Assembly: GCA_963749495.1 (NCBI GenBank)
Contig: CAVVMW010000021.1
Location: forward strand, 416,001 to 480,000
DNA: 64,000 bases
Origin: an uncultured bacterium
GTDB taxonomy: Bacteria > Verrucomicrobiota > Verrucomicrobiia > Limisphaerales > UBA8199
Reading direction: 5' to 3'
Of the stretch, positions 58,936-64,000 are shown piece after piece (the first letter of the stretch is position 1; the number at the start of each line of letters is the position of its first letter). Made by a program: the position numbers and the translations under genes. The notes under the pieces were generated by a model. That model was given only the letters and a program-made list of their open reading frames with translations. It did no database searches and had not been told where the DNA came from.

Positions 58936-59123
58936 GGATACAAGGTTGTTCGTGAGCATTTCATTTCCGTGGGCGAGGCACTCGTCCACCATCTCTCAAT
59001 GCGAGATTTCGGGGAGAATGAGGGGGAATTATTTTTTTTCAAACCCCCCCGATCCGCCCGGAAATTGCGCATTGTTAAATGCTGGCCGGACCGGACCGCG
59101 AGACCTAGACTGGCAGTCAACCT

Positions 59124-63100
<3,977 letters not shown>

Positions 63101-63535
63101 ATCAAAGCGCCTCGCGGTCGCGGCAGCGTGCCGGACGGCACAGTCCCGGTGGTTGTCCCCGCATCCTCGGGTCGAAGCAAGGCTGCGCCGTGTTCGTCGG
63201 TATCACGGTATTCAGCCAGCGAGGCAACTAACGAGCACCAACTTTCTGGCTAGGTCGCAAGTCGCGAGATCTGATACTGCGATCTGATACTACTTGGCTG
63301 TTTTGGGGGCCTTTTGGGGGCTAAATGAGTCCCGGAATCGATCCGCGAAAAACGTCGCACCTTGTTGTGGTGCGAACCATCAGGGATGTACTTCGCCTAA
63401 AGCGGCACGAGCGGCAAGCTGATTCGTCCTCTCATCCCGCACTCGGTCAAAATTACCCGGCCCCGCGAACCCTCCGCCACGGATCAACTCGCGGCCGGTC
63501 TATTGAGAACACCACGAGGTGTTTCGCAGCGTTGC

Positions 63536-64000
63536 ATGATTCGGTTGCGCCACCTGCGGGCGGCTGGCATTATCACCTCCATCAGCGACGTCACGCAACT
63601 TCTCGAAGCCGCGGGGCAGGGCGACCCCAAAGCCGCCGACCAACTGCTGCCGTTGGTCTATGAAGAACTGCGCAAGCTGGCGGCGGCCAGAATGGCCAAT
63701 GAGGCCGCCGGCCATACCTTGCAGCCGACGGCTTTGGTCCACGAGGCCTGGCTGCGGCTGGCGGGCACACAAAAGCAGGCCTGGGAAGGCCGCGCCCACT
63801 TCTTCGCCGCCGCCGCCCAGGCCATGCGGCGCATCCTGATCAACAGGGCCCGCCGCCGGCGGGCCGCGCGCCACGGCGGCGGGCAGCAGCGGGTGGACTT
63901 CGACGAGGTGGACCTGGCGTCCCCGGCTCCCGACAACCAACTCCTGGCCGTGGACGAAGCCCTCGACAAGCTGGCGGCCCAACACCCGCGCCCGGCTCAA
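63536..64000 (+). CDS. ECF sigma factor, Rhodopirellula/Verrucomicrobium type (runs off the window)
   Basis: SDVTQLL...GDPKAADQLLPLVYEELRKLAA...HTLQPTALVHEAWLRL...HFFAAAAQAMRRIL. Confidence 0.92.
   Translation, partial: MIRLRHLRAAGIITSISDVTQLLEAAGQGDPKAADQLLPLVYEELRKLAAARMANEAAGHTLQPTALVHEAWLRLAGTQKQAWEGRAHFFAAAAQAMRRILINRARRRRAARHGGGQQRVDFDEVDLASPAPDNQLLAVDEALDKLAAQHPRPAQ

Overview
High-GC bacterial chromosomal window, most likely Verrucomicrobiota (Pedosphaerales/Limisphaerales-like), judged from gene style: an ECF sigma factor of the Rhodopirellula/Verrucomicrobium type, a kinase-WD40 protein, and 'AFTYQG' and Ig/NHL surface proteins. The housekeeping backbone is lepA-lepB, purE, gltX, panE, HU, aguB, rfbD-like, gluQ, purA, thrH, plsY, gnnA-like-lpxB and tyrA-aroA-cmk-plsC. 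It is interspersed with three toxin-antitoxin pairs, an IS4 element, several MITEs with target-site duplications and many REP-like palindromes. At least 11 single-base frameshifts, one in essential lepB, point to assembly indel errors. The main discovery is a 4-gene minus-strand operon at 25881-29361: two ESCRT-III (Snf7/CHMP2)-like coiled-coil proteins with MIM1-like tails, a membrane protein, and an MIT-like-domain AAA ATPase resembling Vps4/CdvC. This is a candidate bacterial ESCRT-III/Vps4 membrane-remodelling system distinct from PspA/Vipp1. Other highlights: a REPIN inserted in-frame inside lpxB, a decayed lpxB duplicate bounding an accessory island, an IS4 inserted into a REP hairpin whose empty-site homologue is in the window, and tandem fibre-like surface-protein cassettes with module exchange. 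All family assignments are by-eye motif recognition; no database searches were run.
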